Positions 32,051-42,046 are shown, counted from the stretch's first letter. The stretch: DNA of 64,000 nt from Candidatus Dadabacteria bacterium (GCA_963805855.1 CAWDVW010000005.1:544001-608000); one strand, 5' to 3'. The notes: generated by a model not told the origin, from the sequence alone. Made by a program: numbers and translations.

Positions 32051-32147
32051 TAATATGTATTGTAAACAATCTATCGCAAATTTCACAAGTTTGAAGTAAT
32101 AGTGGTTAAGAGTTCACGACTAATTATTGCCCATTGACAAATGATCT

Positions 32148-33374
32148 ATGGAGACTCTGAAGCGCAAGTCCAACATTTTAAAACTTGATACCAATTACCC
32201 CCCTGCTACGCGAGGCCTAATAGTACTATGGGGTTTGATCGCTTCTTTTCCATTTCCAGGAATGGCCTGGCATCGTCTGCATTACCTCGCTGGGCTTCGT
32301 AGGCTCGGCTTCGACGTATGGTATGTTGAAGAGACGGATATACCTGTAATGAAATTTGATAACCTCTGGCGAACGCTCGATTACGAACCAAATCTGAAAT
32401 ACCTCTCTGATCTAATGGACTTAATCGGTTTAGGAAACCGCTGGATTTTCAAACCCCCCGGACAGTCTGAAATGTATATAGGGGCAAGGAATCTCGATGG
32501 TATGAATCAGCTTTATCGAGACGCGGATATCGTCATCAACCACTCCGGAGCACAAACCATCCGCCCTTATCACTCAGTCATCAAGTGCCTTGTATATCTT
32601 GAGACTGATCCGGTAGCCAGTCAGATAGACGTCGCCTCTGGAAATAATTCAATCATAAACAAATTAGGCTCTCATCACTACCTGTTTTCCTACGCGACTA
32701 ACATCGGAGCCCCCGATTGTAAAATTCCGACGTCTAAGTTCTCATGGATACCCGCGAGGCCACCTGTCTGCGTTGACTGGTGGTACAGAAATAAAAACTT
32801 TGGGAAATCGCGACCGCTAACGACGGTGGCAACCTGGAAACACGCAGTAAGAGATAGAAGTTGGAAAGGCGAATCCTGGCACTGGAGTAAGCACGCCGAA
32901 TTCCTCAAATTTATTAAGCTTCCGAGAAAATCTAGGATGCCACTCGAACTGGCCATCGGCGGAATAACCAACGATGAACTGGAGCATCTGAAGGATAATG
33001 GCTGGAAAGTCAGGGCTGCTAAAGACCTGTCTAACCTAAGCAAATACAGAACTTATATTCAAAATTCATCCGGAGAGTTCACAATAGCCAAGGAGCAATA
33101 CGTAGCTTCTCGAAGTGGCTGGTTTAGCGATCGCAGCACAACTTACCTCGCATCCGGCAGACCGGTTATAACCCAGGATACAGCGTTCGGGAATTCGATA
33201 CCGACCGGTGAAGGTCTATTTGCGTTTTCCACAGAAGAGGAAGCGCTTGCTGCAATAGATGCCGTAGCTACTGACTATGATAGGCATGCCTCTGCTGCGC
33301 TCGAAATAGCCAGGGAATACTTCGAGGCAGAACAGGTGCTCAAGACTATGCTGAAGCGAGTTGGAATCATGTGA
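32148..33374 (+). CDS. Putative GT-B glycosyltransferase (CgeB-like C-terminus)
   Basis: GLRRLGFDV N-terminal motif and SGWFSDRSTTYLASGRPVITQDT C-terminal motif. Confidence 0.6.
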   Translation: METLKRKSNILKLDTNYPPATRGLIVLWGLIASFPFPGMAWHRLHYLAGLRRLGFDVWYVEETDIPVMKFDNLWRTLDYEPNLKYLSDLMDLIGLGNRWIFKPPGQSEMYIGARNLDGMNQLYRDADIVINHSGAQTIRPYHSVIKCLVYLETDPVASQIDVASGNNSIINKLGSHHYLFSYATNIGAPDCKIPTSKFSWIPARPPVCVDWWYRNKNFGKSRPLTTVATWKHAVRDRSWKGESWHWSKHAEFLKFIKLPRKSRMPLELAIGGITNDELEHLKDNGWKVRAAKDLSNLSKYRTYIQNSSGEFTIAKEQYVASRSGWFSDRSTTYLASGRPVITQDTAFGNSIPTGEGLFAFSTEEEALAAIDAVATDYDRHASAALEIAREYFEAEQVLKTMLKRVGIM

Positions 33375-33552
33375 ATAGATAACCCCTGCAGCAAGCTACA
33401 GCGAATTTGGCAAACATTTCATAAGCATTCGCCACTTACACTTAGTAGGGATATGTAGTCTGATGCACCTGTGATTTAATCGAAATCGAAATACCGGTTG
33501 GATTAAACAAGAAACTATTTGTCAAAATAAAAAGACGGTCCACTTCGCTACG

Positions 33553-34599
33553 TTGAGAACTACATTGGAATCAAGAAACGTTATAAATAAATCGCGATCA
33601 TCTCTAAATAAGGCTCTGAGAAACAAGCCAGATGTCGATGCATCCTTGATTTCCGAACTGCTTTCCCATTCAGATTGGCCCATGGCAGAAGACTCTCTAA
33701 CCTTCATAATTAGCTTAATAGCCAGTCTAAGACCAAAGCATATTCTTGAATTTGGATCCGGTCTCTCCACTTATGTTATGGGAGAGGCGTGCAGATTGCT
33801 TAAGTTGAGATGTAAAATTACTTCGATCGACCATGATCCAGAATTCGGAGCAAATGTGGCAAAGAGATATTTTAATATGCCACAGGTTAGTAAAAGTATT
33901 AACTTCGTCTTTGCATCTCTTGTGGCCCGAAGTTTTGGTGGAAAGTATTTGCCATCCTATTACATTAAGCCAGTACAAGCTCGATCAATAGTACGTGCAG
34001 ATCTGGTTTTAATAGATGGGCCACCTACTTATTTAGGAGGTCGCGAAGGAATATTATATCAAGCAATGGACTTTGCCAGCCCTGGTACCATAGCACTATT
34101 AGATGATGCCAATCGCGATGAGGAAAAACGTATCATTTCGAATTGGCAAGACGCTCTAGGTAACAACATTGAAATAAATCTCCTCACAGGCTTTAAGAAG
34201 GGACTTGCTGCGGTCATAATAAGCGAACCAGTCCAGAAGGACGATCTCTATAGACACAAAATAAAATTAACTGAACTAGATATTTGCGAATTAATAGGGG
34301 AGAATGAACCATTCATAATAGTGGATGACGAGATGTGCGTGAGGGAGAACATAACCTCCCAACGAAAGGTTGTAAATTTCACGGAAAAGAATGGTAAGTA
34401 CTGGAAACCTTCAGATGTCGAAGAGGCAATCCAAACGCTTGAAACTTTGCGCAAACTTGGCGCAAAGTACATTGTGTTTGTTTGGCCGTCTTTCTGGTGG
34501 TTTAAGTATTACAACGGTATCCACACATATCTGAAATCTAACTTCCCGCGCATTATAGAAAATAATAGATTAGTAATCTTTTCCCTGCAGCAGGCTTAG
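33553..34599 (+). CDS. Class I SAM-dependent methyltransferase with an extra C-terminal domain
   Basis: ILEFGSGLST, SIDHD, LIDGPP and LLDDANR motifs; start position uncertain. Confidence 0.75.
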   Translation: MRTTLESRNVINKSRSSLNKALRNKPDVDASLISELLSHSDWPMAEDSLTFIISLIASLRPKHILEFGSGLSTYVMGEACRLLKLRCKITSIDHDPEFGANVAKRYFNMPQVSKSINFVFASLVARSFGGKYLPSYYIKPVQARSIVRADLVLIDGPPTYLGGREGILYQAMDFASPGTIALLDDANRDEEKRIISNWQDALGNNIEINLLTGFKKGLAAVIISEPVQKDDLYRHKIKLTELDICELIGENEPFIIVDDEMCVRENITSQRKVVNFTEKNGKYWKPSDVEEAIQTLETLRKLGAKYIVFVWPSFWWFKYYNGIHTYLKSNFPRIIENNRLVIFSLQQA

Positions 34600-34678
34600 C
34601 ACCTCAATTTTTCCGGCGGCATGTGAACTTCATTCAGGCTCTTTTTAGGTTGTACTACTTTAGTTAAGTTACACATAA

Positions 34679-34900
34679 TATGTTAGAATACGGGTCAAGC
34701 TTTTAACAAACAGGTCCTCTAACCATCACAAGATACCGGCGATCGTAGACTTTTCATTGCGTGAATTTTTAGTTGCTCCTATCATTGATCAAACTGCATC
34801 ACAAGAAAATGGTCCTAATGTATGGGAAAAGCAAATCCTTGAAGTGAAATCCTGTATCGCATCCCATATTCCGCCAGATAGACCTTTCATTTTAGAGTAA
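34679..34900 (+). pseudogene. Gene remnant resembling the start of the same C-terminal accessory domain
   Basis: Open frame without ATG ending ...WEKQILEVKSCIASHIPPDRPFILE*, compared with YRHKIKLTELDICELIGENEPFIIVD in the upstream gene. Confidence 0.35.
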
Positions 34901-35057
34901 AAATTGGGGTCGTTGCTTGACTTTGTACAAATAATTCAAATAGCATACCTGAATAAATCCGTGGCTGGAGAATTGAGATTAGATTCAGAATCTCAAAATT
35001 GCGGCAAAAGACTTTGGTACTGGATTCCCGCGAGCGGCTATCTCTACACCATCCTCG

Positions 35058-35138
35058 GATAGGCTGGGTTTTCTAACTCCGCATGGGGACATGCGGGGAC
35101 AGGCTCTGGATTTCCGCTAACAATCCGCGGGAATGACA
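35058..35138 (+). repeat. Degenerate REP modules A and C
   Basis: gataggctgggttttctaactccgcatgg; tggatttccgctaacaatccgcgggaatgaca. Confidence 0.75.
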
Positions 35139-35315
35139 GGGGCCTAAGATGACAGCAACAAGCATGTGATTATACCGGAGAGTTTGAATCTACCTCATTC
35201 GGTATGCACGGCGTAGACTTCTTGAATATTCCCGATATAACATTAAAATTCATGGCGCAAACAAGAAATTTTCAATTTAAAAGTCGTTTTTTGGAATCTT
35301 AGATCATCAAAGCTT

Positions 35316-35552
35316 ATGCGATCGTTAATACAAAGATCCTGGATATGGTGGAAGAGAATTGCAAGAATTATCGGGGATTTCAATGCACGCGTTATCCTGA
35401 CTTTGTTTTATTTTATTTTTCTTGCACCCTTTGCCCTCGCAATGCGTTTCCTCGCCGACCCTCTCGCTATTAATAATAAATCTACACCTTCGTGGGGAAT
35501 AAAACCTGAAGCTAAAGAAACACTGATGGAACAGGCAAGAAAACAGTCATGA
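35316..35552 (+). CDS. SxtJ-like small membrane protein
   Basis: W..IA..IG.FN..VILTLFYF...P...DPL pattern; lies next to a carbamoyltransferase. Confidence 0.7.
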   Translation: MRSLIQRSWIWWKRIARIIGDFNARVILTLFYFIFLAPFALAMRFLADPLAINNKSTPSWGIKPEAKETLMEQARKQS

Positions 35553-35619
35553 TCCATGATCCACGATGCAAGATGCATGATAAACTTCAATTTGTGGAAA
35601 TTCGTGTTCATTCGTGGCT
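35551..35619 (+). repeat. Heptamer tandem repeat (GATNCAN x4) followed by ATTCGTG-type repeats
   Basis: gatccat gatccac gatgcaa gatgcat; atttgtg..attcgtg..attcgtg. Confidence 0.6.
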
Positions 35620-35638
35620 AAAAAGGAAAAAGTAACCG

Positions 35639-37423
35639 ATGGACATATTAGGGATATCTTGTTATTTTCATGACGCTGCAGCAGCTCTAATAAGAGATGG
35701 TGATCTAATTGCTGCTGCAGAGGAAGAGCGTTTTACCCGTAAAAAGCATGACTATGAATTCCCTCAGAATGCCATAGATTTCTGCTTGAGAACCGGAAAC
35801 ATAAGGTCACAAGATTTGGATTATGTCGTATTTTTTGAAAAGCCATTCATAAAATTCGAACGCCTTCTCTTATGTTCTATGCAGACCTTCCCGAGCTCTT
35901 TAAAGTTATTCAGGGAAGCTATGATTACATGGCTTGGTGATAAGCTCTGGATAAGACACCTGATCCAGAAGAGACTGAAACTGCCAGCCTCTAAAATCCT
36001 TTTCAGCGAGCACCACCTTTCTCATTCGGCCAGTGCATTTTTCTGCTCTCCCTTTGATGAATCGGCTATTTTAACGGTAGATGGTGTAGGAGAATGGACA
36101 ACTGCAACAATCGGGATTGGAAAGGGAATAAACATTAAGATTTTAAAGGAAATCCGCTTTCCGCATTCATTAGGTCTTCTCTACAGCGCCTTTACCGCTT
36201 ATCTCGGTTTTGAAGTAAATGAGGGTGAATACAAGGTAATGGGGATGGCTCCCTTTGGTGAACCGAAATACGTTGATAAGGTCAACAAGCTGATCCGACT
36301 TTCAGGCGACGGAAGCTTTGAGCTGAATATGGAATATTTCTCATTCCATCAGTCTTCAGAAAGAACATACAACAGAAAATTTGAAAACCTTTTTGGACCT
36401 TCCAGAAAACCTGATTCTTACTTTTTCACATCCGCAAGCGGTTATCCTTCGTACTTCGGAGAAAAACCCTCAAACTATGATGAGCTGTGCAGAGAAAACC
36501 AATTCTATGCAGACATTGCCGCCAGCATCCAGGCGGCGACAGAAGAGGTCTTGTTGACGATGGCCAATCAGGCATATCAAGAAACAGGCCTTAAGAATCT
36601 CTGCATGGCCGGTGGCGTTGCTCTGAATAGCGTTGCAAATGGAAAAATACTCAAGCAAACACCTTTTGAGCAAATATATATTCAACCCTCGGCAGGAGAT
36701 GGAGGTGGTGCCCTGGGAGCAGCCCTTTTTGCATATCACATGGTCCTTGCAAAGCCCCGCAAGTTTGTAATGGAACATGCCTATTGGGGTGAAAAACATG
36801 GAAATGGTGAGATAGATAGCTTCTTGAAAGAAAATGCCATCCCCCATGAAAGGATAGAGAACGAAGAAAGATTAATAGAGAGGGTTGCAGATCAACTTAG
36901 CGGAGGGAAAGTAGTAGGATGGTATCAGGGCAGATTTGAGTGGGGTCCCCGTGCCCTGGGAAACAGAAGCATCCTGGCAGACCCAAGAAGGACCGATATG
37001 AAAGATATCGTAAATACAAAGATCAAGTTTCGCGAGCCATTCCGTCCGTTTGCCCCATCTGTTCTTGTGGAAGAAACGGGAAATTATTTCTCGTTACCGG
37101 ATGCGTCTAATCATTACCCTGCCAGATTTATGCTCTATGTTGTGGATGTCAATAAAGACAAACATGATGTCATTCCAGCCATTACTCACGTAGACGGCAC
37201 GGGACGGCTCCAAACGGTTCAAAAAGAAATCAATCCCAGATATTACAAACTAATAGAGACGTTCGGACAAGCCACAGGTGTTCCAGTGGTTCTCAACACC
37301 TCTTTTAACCTCAAGGGTGAGCCGATTGTAAACACACCGCAGGAAGCCTTCAGCTCATTCCAAAGGAGTGGGATGGATGTTTTGGTGCTTGGAGATTATG
37401 TGGTGGAGAAAGAGGGGCGATGA
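35639..37423 (+). CDS. O-carbamoyltransferase (CmcH/NodU/SxtI family)
   Basis: HDAAAAL, EEERF, HHLSH, GGVALN, GPRALGNRS, REPFRPFAP, HVDGTGR and LNTSFN motifs. Confidence 0.95.
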   Translation: MDILGISCYFHDAAAALIRDGDLIAAAEEERFTRKKHDYEFPQNAIDFCLRTGNIRSQDLDYVVFFEKPFIKFERLLLCSMQTFPSSLKLFREAMITWLGDKLWIRHLIQKRLKLPASKILFSEHHLSHSASAFFCSPFDESAILTVDGVGEWTTATIGIGKGINIKILKEIRFPHSLGLLYSAFTAYLGFEVNEGEYKVMGMAPFGEPKYVDKVNKLIRLSGDGSFELNMEYFSFHQSSERTYNRKFENLFGPSRKPDSYFFTSASGYPSYFGEKPSNYDELCRENQFYADIAASIQAATEEVLLTMANQAYQETGLKNLCMAGGVALNSVANGKILKQTPFEQIYIQPSAGDGGGALGAALFAYHMVLAKPRKFVMEHAYWGEKHGNGEIDSFLKENAIPHERIENEERLIERVADQLSGGKVVGWYQGRFEWGPRALGNRSILADPRRTDMKDIVNTKIKFREPFRPFAPSVLVEETGNYFSLPDASNHYPARFMLYVVDVNKDKHDVIPAITHVDGTGRLQTVQKEINPRYYKLIETFGQATGVPVVLNTSFNLKGEPIVNTPQEAFSSFQRSGMDVLVLGDYVVEKEGR

Positions 37424-37467
37424 CCGGTCTTCCGTCCTCACCAAAACCAAGGTATCATATCAACCCC

Positions 37468-37647
37468 ATGAGCTTCCTAGATGGCATAACAAACAGAATG
37501 GGAATTGCCGGCGAGCTTTTGAAATTCTTCTTACAGAACAAATGGTGGTGGATCACCCCCATGATCATCGTATTACTTATATTTGGGCTTCTTATCATAT
37601 TCGCCCAGAGCTCAGCCATAGCACCATTTATTTATACGCTGTTTTAA
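37468..37647 (+). CDS. DUF5989/SxtK-like small membrane protein
   Basis: KWWWITP..SAIAPFIYTLF signature; start at ATG 37468 or 37420. Confidence 0.8.
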   Translation: MSFLDGITNRMGIAGELLKFFLQNKWWWITPMIIVLLIFGLLIIFAQSSAIAPFIYTLF

Positions 37648-37736
37648 CAAATCATATTTGGTTTAACGCATTTTAGGTTCCTATGATTGGATAAACTTGA
37701 CCCATGTCCGTTCCCTGAACCAATATAAACTGGCAA

Positions 37737-38462
37737 ATGGAAAAAGATGTAGTTCAAGATCAGATCGAACTCATTAAGCTTGAAGAAAAGTATGAAGAAT
37801 TACTCTTAGAGGATCCATCCTCTCCAAAATTCGTATTTCTTGCCGAGATCCTAAGAAAAAGGGGCGACCTGCACAGGGCAACCGAAATCCTTATAAAGGG
37901 ATTGAGAAGTAATCCTGACAGCATTACCGCAAGGTCAATTCTGGGGAAAATCTACTACGATAGATGGATGATAGATCAGGCAAAAAATGAGATGGAAAAG
38001 GTAATCAGGGTTGCTCCGGATAACATTGATGCCGCTAAAATGCTAATCCAAATATATAGGAGCGAGGAAAACTATAATAAGGCTCTGGAAACCTGCTATT
38101 CTTCACTCGTTTTCAATCCCGAAGACTATGATTTGACGAAAGAGTTGAAGGTACTTCAGAAAGAGGCCCCTCATGATGTAACAAGGACCACGGCAAATGA
38201 AACCGGCCAAATAGCAAATGATATCCTTGAATTTGACGCGAGACCCGAAGAAGAACCTCCTTCCGATTCAGTCATTGAGGAATTGTACACAGATTCCATG
38301 GCAAATCTGTACATTGATCAGGGATTATATGAAAAAGCAATAGTTGTACTCGAAAAACTTCTAGCAAGAGAGCCCGAAAATAACTCGGTCCGCAGTAAAT
38401 TGGATGTAGCGAGATCGTTTCTCCTGAGCGAGCATTCCGGTTTTAAAATAAGGACAAAATAA
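37737..38462 (+). CDS. Tetratricopeptide repeat protein
   Basis: TPR-like helices and C-terminal 'TDSMANLYIDQG..KA' repeat. Confidence 0.8.
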   Translation: MEKDVVQDQIELIKLEEKYEELLLEDPSSPKFVFLAEILRKRGDLHRATEILIKGLRSNPDSITARSILGKIYYDRWMIDQAKNEMEKVIRVAPDNIDAAKMLIQIYRSEENYNKALETCYSSLVFNPEDYDLTKELKVLQKEAPHDVTRTTANETGQIANDILEFDARPEEEPPSDSVIEELYTDSMANLYIDQGLYEKAIVVLEKLLAREPENNSVRSKLDVARSFLLSEHSGFKIRTK

Positions 38463-38499
38463 AGCCACAAACCTGTCCTGGCTGGAGCTGCAGATCAAA

Positions 38500-38760
38500 A
38501 TGAATAACCCTGCAGCGCACTGCTGGGCATCAGAACATAGTCAGACAAGCCTGTCCGTCATTGCTGTGGATGTTAGATGTCCCGCTAGGTCTCTATCCCT
38601 TGTGTTTTATCCATGCGGGGTTAGAAAACCCCGCCTATCCTTTCTGTGATTCCCGCAGATTGTTAGCGGTAATCCACCGCCTCGTGTCATTCCCAAATGC
38701 CGTTATTGGGAATCCATGTCTTTATTTCTGGATCCCCGACCACTGATTTCGGGGATGACA
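38500..38760 (-). repeat. REP/REPIN-like mosaic in inverted orientation
   Basis: The reverse complement of 38601-38716 closely matches 59855-59968; a module D copy lies at 38728-38760. Confidence 0.85.
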
Positions 38761-38886
38761 GCTTAGGACAAAGCAAATCATCAATCCAAAATAAGTTTTT
38801 TCCTCAAAAGTGTTTGAATATATCGGTTCATTCAATTAGAGTATAAACATACTCGATTACAGATGCCCATCGAAGGACGAGGATGA

Positions 38887-39324
38887 ATGATGAAAATTCT
38901 AGTTATTCATGGACCTAATCTTAATCTTCTCGGAAAGCGCGAGCCGGAGATCTATGGATCGACTACGATTGATGAGATCAATACGCTGTTGAACAAAGAG
39001 GCGCAAAGGCTGGGGACTGAGATTGAATTTTCACAGTCAAACTCCGAAGGTGAGATTGTTGATAGAATACAAAGTGCTATGGGGAACATTGACGGAATCG
39101 TAATAAACCCTGCTGCATATACCCATACAAGTGTCGCAATCAGGGATGCCATCGCTTCAACTGGAATACCAACCATAGAGGTGCACATCTCAAACATATA
39201 CAAGCGAGAGGATTTCAGAAAGTTATCTTATGTTTCAGGAGTTGCGGTCGGAGTTATATCGGGACTGGGTGTGAATAGCTACCTGCTCGCGCTTAGAGGA
39301 CTGGTAATCCACTTAAAGATATAA
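38887..39324 (+). CDS. aroQ: Type II 3-dehydroquinate dehydratase
   Basis: [24 protein letters not shown] and EVHISN motifs. Confidence 0.97.
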   Translation: MMKILVIHGPNLNLLGKREPEIYGSTTIDEINTLLNKEAQRLGTEIEFSQSNSEGEIVDRIQSAMGNIDGIVINPAAYTHTSVAIRDAIASTGIPTIEVHISNIYKREDFRKLSYVSGVAVGVISGLGVNSYLLALRGLVIHLKI

Positions 39325-39326
39325 TA

Positions 39327-39397
39327 GACGCAGGATGCACGATACAGGATCCAGGATGCAAGATAAAACATGAATCATGGATCATGCATCTTGTATC
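39327..39397. repeat. Inverted heptamer tandem repeat forming a hairpin
   Basis: gacgcag gatgcac gatacag gatccag gatgcaa, then atgaatc atggatc atgcatc ttgtatc. Confidence 0.75.
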
Positions 39398-39407
39398 ATT
39401 CATTGTA

Positions 39408-41102
39408 ATGAAAAAGAACTGGGAATTAGTAAAACAAAATCCTAGGCTGGTCGAAAAGCTTGCCAAATCTCTAGGAATAAATCCCTTGACAGCACGGGTA
39501 TTGATAAACAGGGGCATAAGAAACGAGGTCGAGGGAGAGCAATTCTTAAACAGTAGTCTTTTTGACCTTCCATCTCCATATCTCCTTAAGGATATGGATA
39601 AAGCAGTAGACAGGATTAGGGATGCTATCGAGCGAGTTGAAAAAATAGCAATTTATGGAGACTACGATGTCGATGGTATTACGTCTACGGCAATACTATA
39701 TTTATTTTTAAAGAACATAGGGGCAAACGTCATCTATTACAATCCGGATAGATTGAAAGAGGGTTATGGCGTAAATATCGACGCGATACAAAAACTTAAG
39801 AATGATGGCGTTTCTTTAATTATCTCCGGCGACTGCGGCATAACCGCACAAGATGAAGTGGTTAAAGCTAAGAGCCTGGGAATTGATTTTATAATCACGG
39901 ATCACCACGAGCCGTCTGACGTTCTGCCAGAAGCGGCTGCCGTACTGAATCCTCATCAAGAAGGATGTATTTATCCAGGAAAGGAAATTGCAGGAGTTGG
40001 TGTAGTCTTTAACCTGGTTATCGCCCTGAGGAGATTGCTCAGAGATTCAGGCTTTTTTGAAGGCGGTGAGCCAAATCTAGGGGAATATCTCGACCTCGTA
40101 GCGCTCGGTACTGTTTCAGACTGCGCTTCACTCAGAAACGTTAATCGTATATTCGTGAAAGAAGGGATAAAGAGGTTATCAAACGCTAAACGTCTGGGCA
40201 TAATAGCGCTCAAAGAAGTCAGTGGTACTAAAGGCAAAGTGAATACCTATGATATTGGGTTCAAGCTGGGACCAAGAATAAACGCTTCCGGAAGGCTAAG
40301 CAGCGCTAGTTTAGCTGTAGAACTCTTCGTTTCAAATGATATCAAAAAAGCAAGAGAACTCGCTTCGATCCTAAACGATGAAAACTCAAAAAGGCAAACT
40401 ATCGAGGGCGACATTATTAGAGATATAATCAATCAGATAAAAACAAACCCTGGTGTTCTCAGCACGAATTCCTTGGTGCTTGCCTCTCCCGATTGGCATC
40501 AGGGTGTTATAGGAATTGTTGCGTCAAAATTAGTCGAAATATATCAGAAACCGACCGTTATCATATCGATTCAGGAAGAGGGAATTGGCAAGGGCTCTGC
40601 CAGAAGTGTAGAAGGTGTAAATATCTATGAGGCCTTATCCAAATGCAACGACTTATTTGAACAATTTGGTGGCCACGAACTGGCTGCCGGATTAAACATT
40701 AGGGTAGAGAAAATAGACGAATTCAGAAATCGATTTGGAACAGCGGTCAACGACGCGGTTGTAGATTACACCTCAAAGATTCGAATCGATGGCGCTCTTA
40801 GCTTATCCGATCTTACTGACTCATTAGTAAACGAGCTAGGCCTTTTATCGCCGTTTGGAATTGGAAACCCTGAGCCGATATTCATAGCAAAGTCCGTAGG
40901 TGTAACGTCCCAAAGATTATTAAAAGACAAGCACCTCAGTCTCAAACTGAATGACAATAATCATAGTTGTGATGCAATTTGGTTTAACCCCAAAGAACAA
41001 CAAACAGTACCTAATAAAATAGACGTTGTTTTCACCCCGGAATTTAATGAGTGGAATGGCAAGAAATCCATTCAGCTTAAAGTGAAGGATATCGGTTGGT
41101 AA
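39408..41102 (+). CDS. recJ: ssDNA-specific exonuclease RecJ
   Basis: GDYDVDG, DCG, TDHH, GPRINASGR, GSARS and GGH motifs. Start moved out of the upstream repeat. Confidence 0.96.
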   Translation: MKKNWELVKQNPRLVEKLAKSLGINPLTARVLINRGIRNEVEGEQFLNSSLFDLPSPYLLKDMDKAVDRIRDAIERVEKIAIYGDYDVDGITSTAILYLFLKNIGANVIYYNPDRLKEGYGVNIDAIQKLKNDGVSLIISGDCGITAQDEVVKAKSLGIDFIITDHHEPSDVLPEAAAVLNPHQEGCIYPGKEIAGVGVVFNLVIALRRLLRDSGFFEGGEPNLGEYLDLVALGTVSDCASLRNVNRIFVKEGIKRLSNAKRLGIIALKEVSGTKGKVNTYDIGFKLGPRINASGRLSSASLAVELFVSNDIKKARELASILNDENSKRQTIEGDIIRDIINQIKTNPGVLSTNSLVLASPDWHQGVIGIVASKLVEIYQKPTVIISIQEEGIGKGSARSVEGVNIYEALSKCNDLFEQFGGHELAAGLNIRVEKIDEFRNRFGTAVNDAVVDYTSKIRIDGALSLSDLTDSLVNELGLLSPFGIGNPEPIFIAKSVGVTSQRLLKDKHLSLKLNDNNHSCDAIWFNPKEQQTVPNKIDVVFTPEFNEWNGKKSIQLKVKDIGW

Positions 41103-41152
41103 AAAAAGAGAGGTCAATGACCCTTCAAAAGCTGCACGGCATGGGCACGATT

Positions 41153-41182
41153 GATAGGTGTGGTTTTCCAACCCCGCATGGA
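41153..41182 (+). repeat. Single REP module A
   Basis: gataggtgtggttttccaaccccgcatgga. Confidence 0.7.
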
Positions 41183-41278
41183 CAAAATTCCCGCCAACCT
41201 TCAAAAGCTTTTATGTTTGCAGACTACTTTAAAGAAGGTAAATTTAACACACTTAAATAAACCAAGGATAGTTTTAAG

Positions 41279-42046
41279 ATGCACCCCACACTTTTTACGG
41301 TAGGCACCTATTCGGTCTCTTCATTCACAGTCATGGTGGTTATCGCTTTTATAGTTGGTTATGTGGTCACTCTGCACGAGTTCAGAAGGAAGGGAATAGA
41401 TGAAGGACTTTTGGATCTACTTGCTGGCACCTCGGTAATTCTAGGATTCTTGGGTGCAAAATTATTATTTCTTTATCAGAACGCAACCTTTTCGGAATTT
41501 ATTGCTCACCCCATCCAATACCTTGCTTCCGGGCTGACATGGTGGGGTACATTAGTACCATGTATCTTTCTTTGGGCCCTGGTAGCCAGATGGAAAAAGG
41601 TAAATTTCTGGCTAATTGGTGATGCTGCAGCCCCCGGTCTGGTTCTTGCATACGGTATCGGTAGAATTGGCTGTCTGTTAGTTGGCGACGATTACGGCGT
41701 GCCAACTAACTTACCCTGGGCACTCTCTTTTCCAAACGGCGCGCCTCCGACATTGGAAATGGTCCACCCCACTCAAATCTATGAGTCTTTATCGATGATT
41801 ATTGTATTCCTTTTCTTATGGACTGTGCGCAAAAAGGACTTACCGGTAGGTTGGATCTCCTATATAACGCTCATAATACTCGGCGTCGAAAGATTTCTAG
41901 TAGAATTTATCAGAAATACCACACCAAGCTCTATACCGGGTATCACTCAAGCGCAGATCATTTCGATTGGATTTATCGTTGTCGGTGTTTATAAATTTAT
42001 ACAACTAAAATCCCGATTGAGAAAATCAGTGGAAGCTAGGGGATAA
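41279..42046 (+). CDS. lgt: Prolipoprotein diacylglyceryl transferase
   Basis: GRIGCLLVGDDYG, HPTQIYE and RFLVEFIR motifs. Confidence 0.9.
   Translation: MHPTLFTVGTYSVSSFTVMVVIAFIVGYVVTLHEFRRKGIDEGLLDLLAGTSVILGFLGAKLLFLYQNATFSEFIAHPIQYLASGLTWWGTLVPCIFLWALVARWKKVNFWLIGDAAAPGLVLAYGIGRIGCLLVGDDYGVPTNLPWALSFPNGAPPTLEMVHPTQIYESLSMIIVFLFLWTVRKKDLPVGWISYITLIILGVERFLVEFIRNTTPSSIPGITQAQIISIGFIVVGVYKFIQLKSRLRKSVEARG

Noticed and set aside
35316-37647. Saxitoxin biosynthesis
   Set aside because: No sxtA, sxtG or other core genes in the window; the trio also occurs outside toxin clusters
39384-39407. Extended track starts for recJ, ftsW, murE, carbonic anhydrase and HU
   Set aside because: The extensions run into repeats, promoters or neighbouring genes; downstream starts fit better
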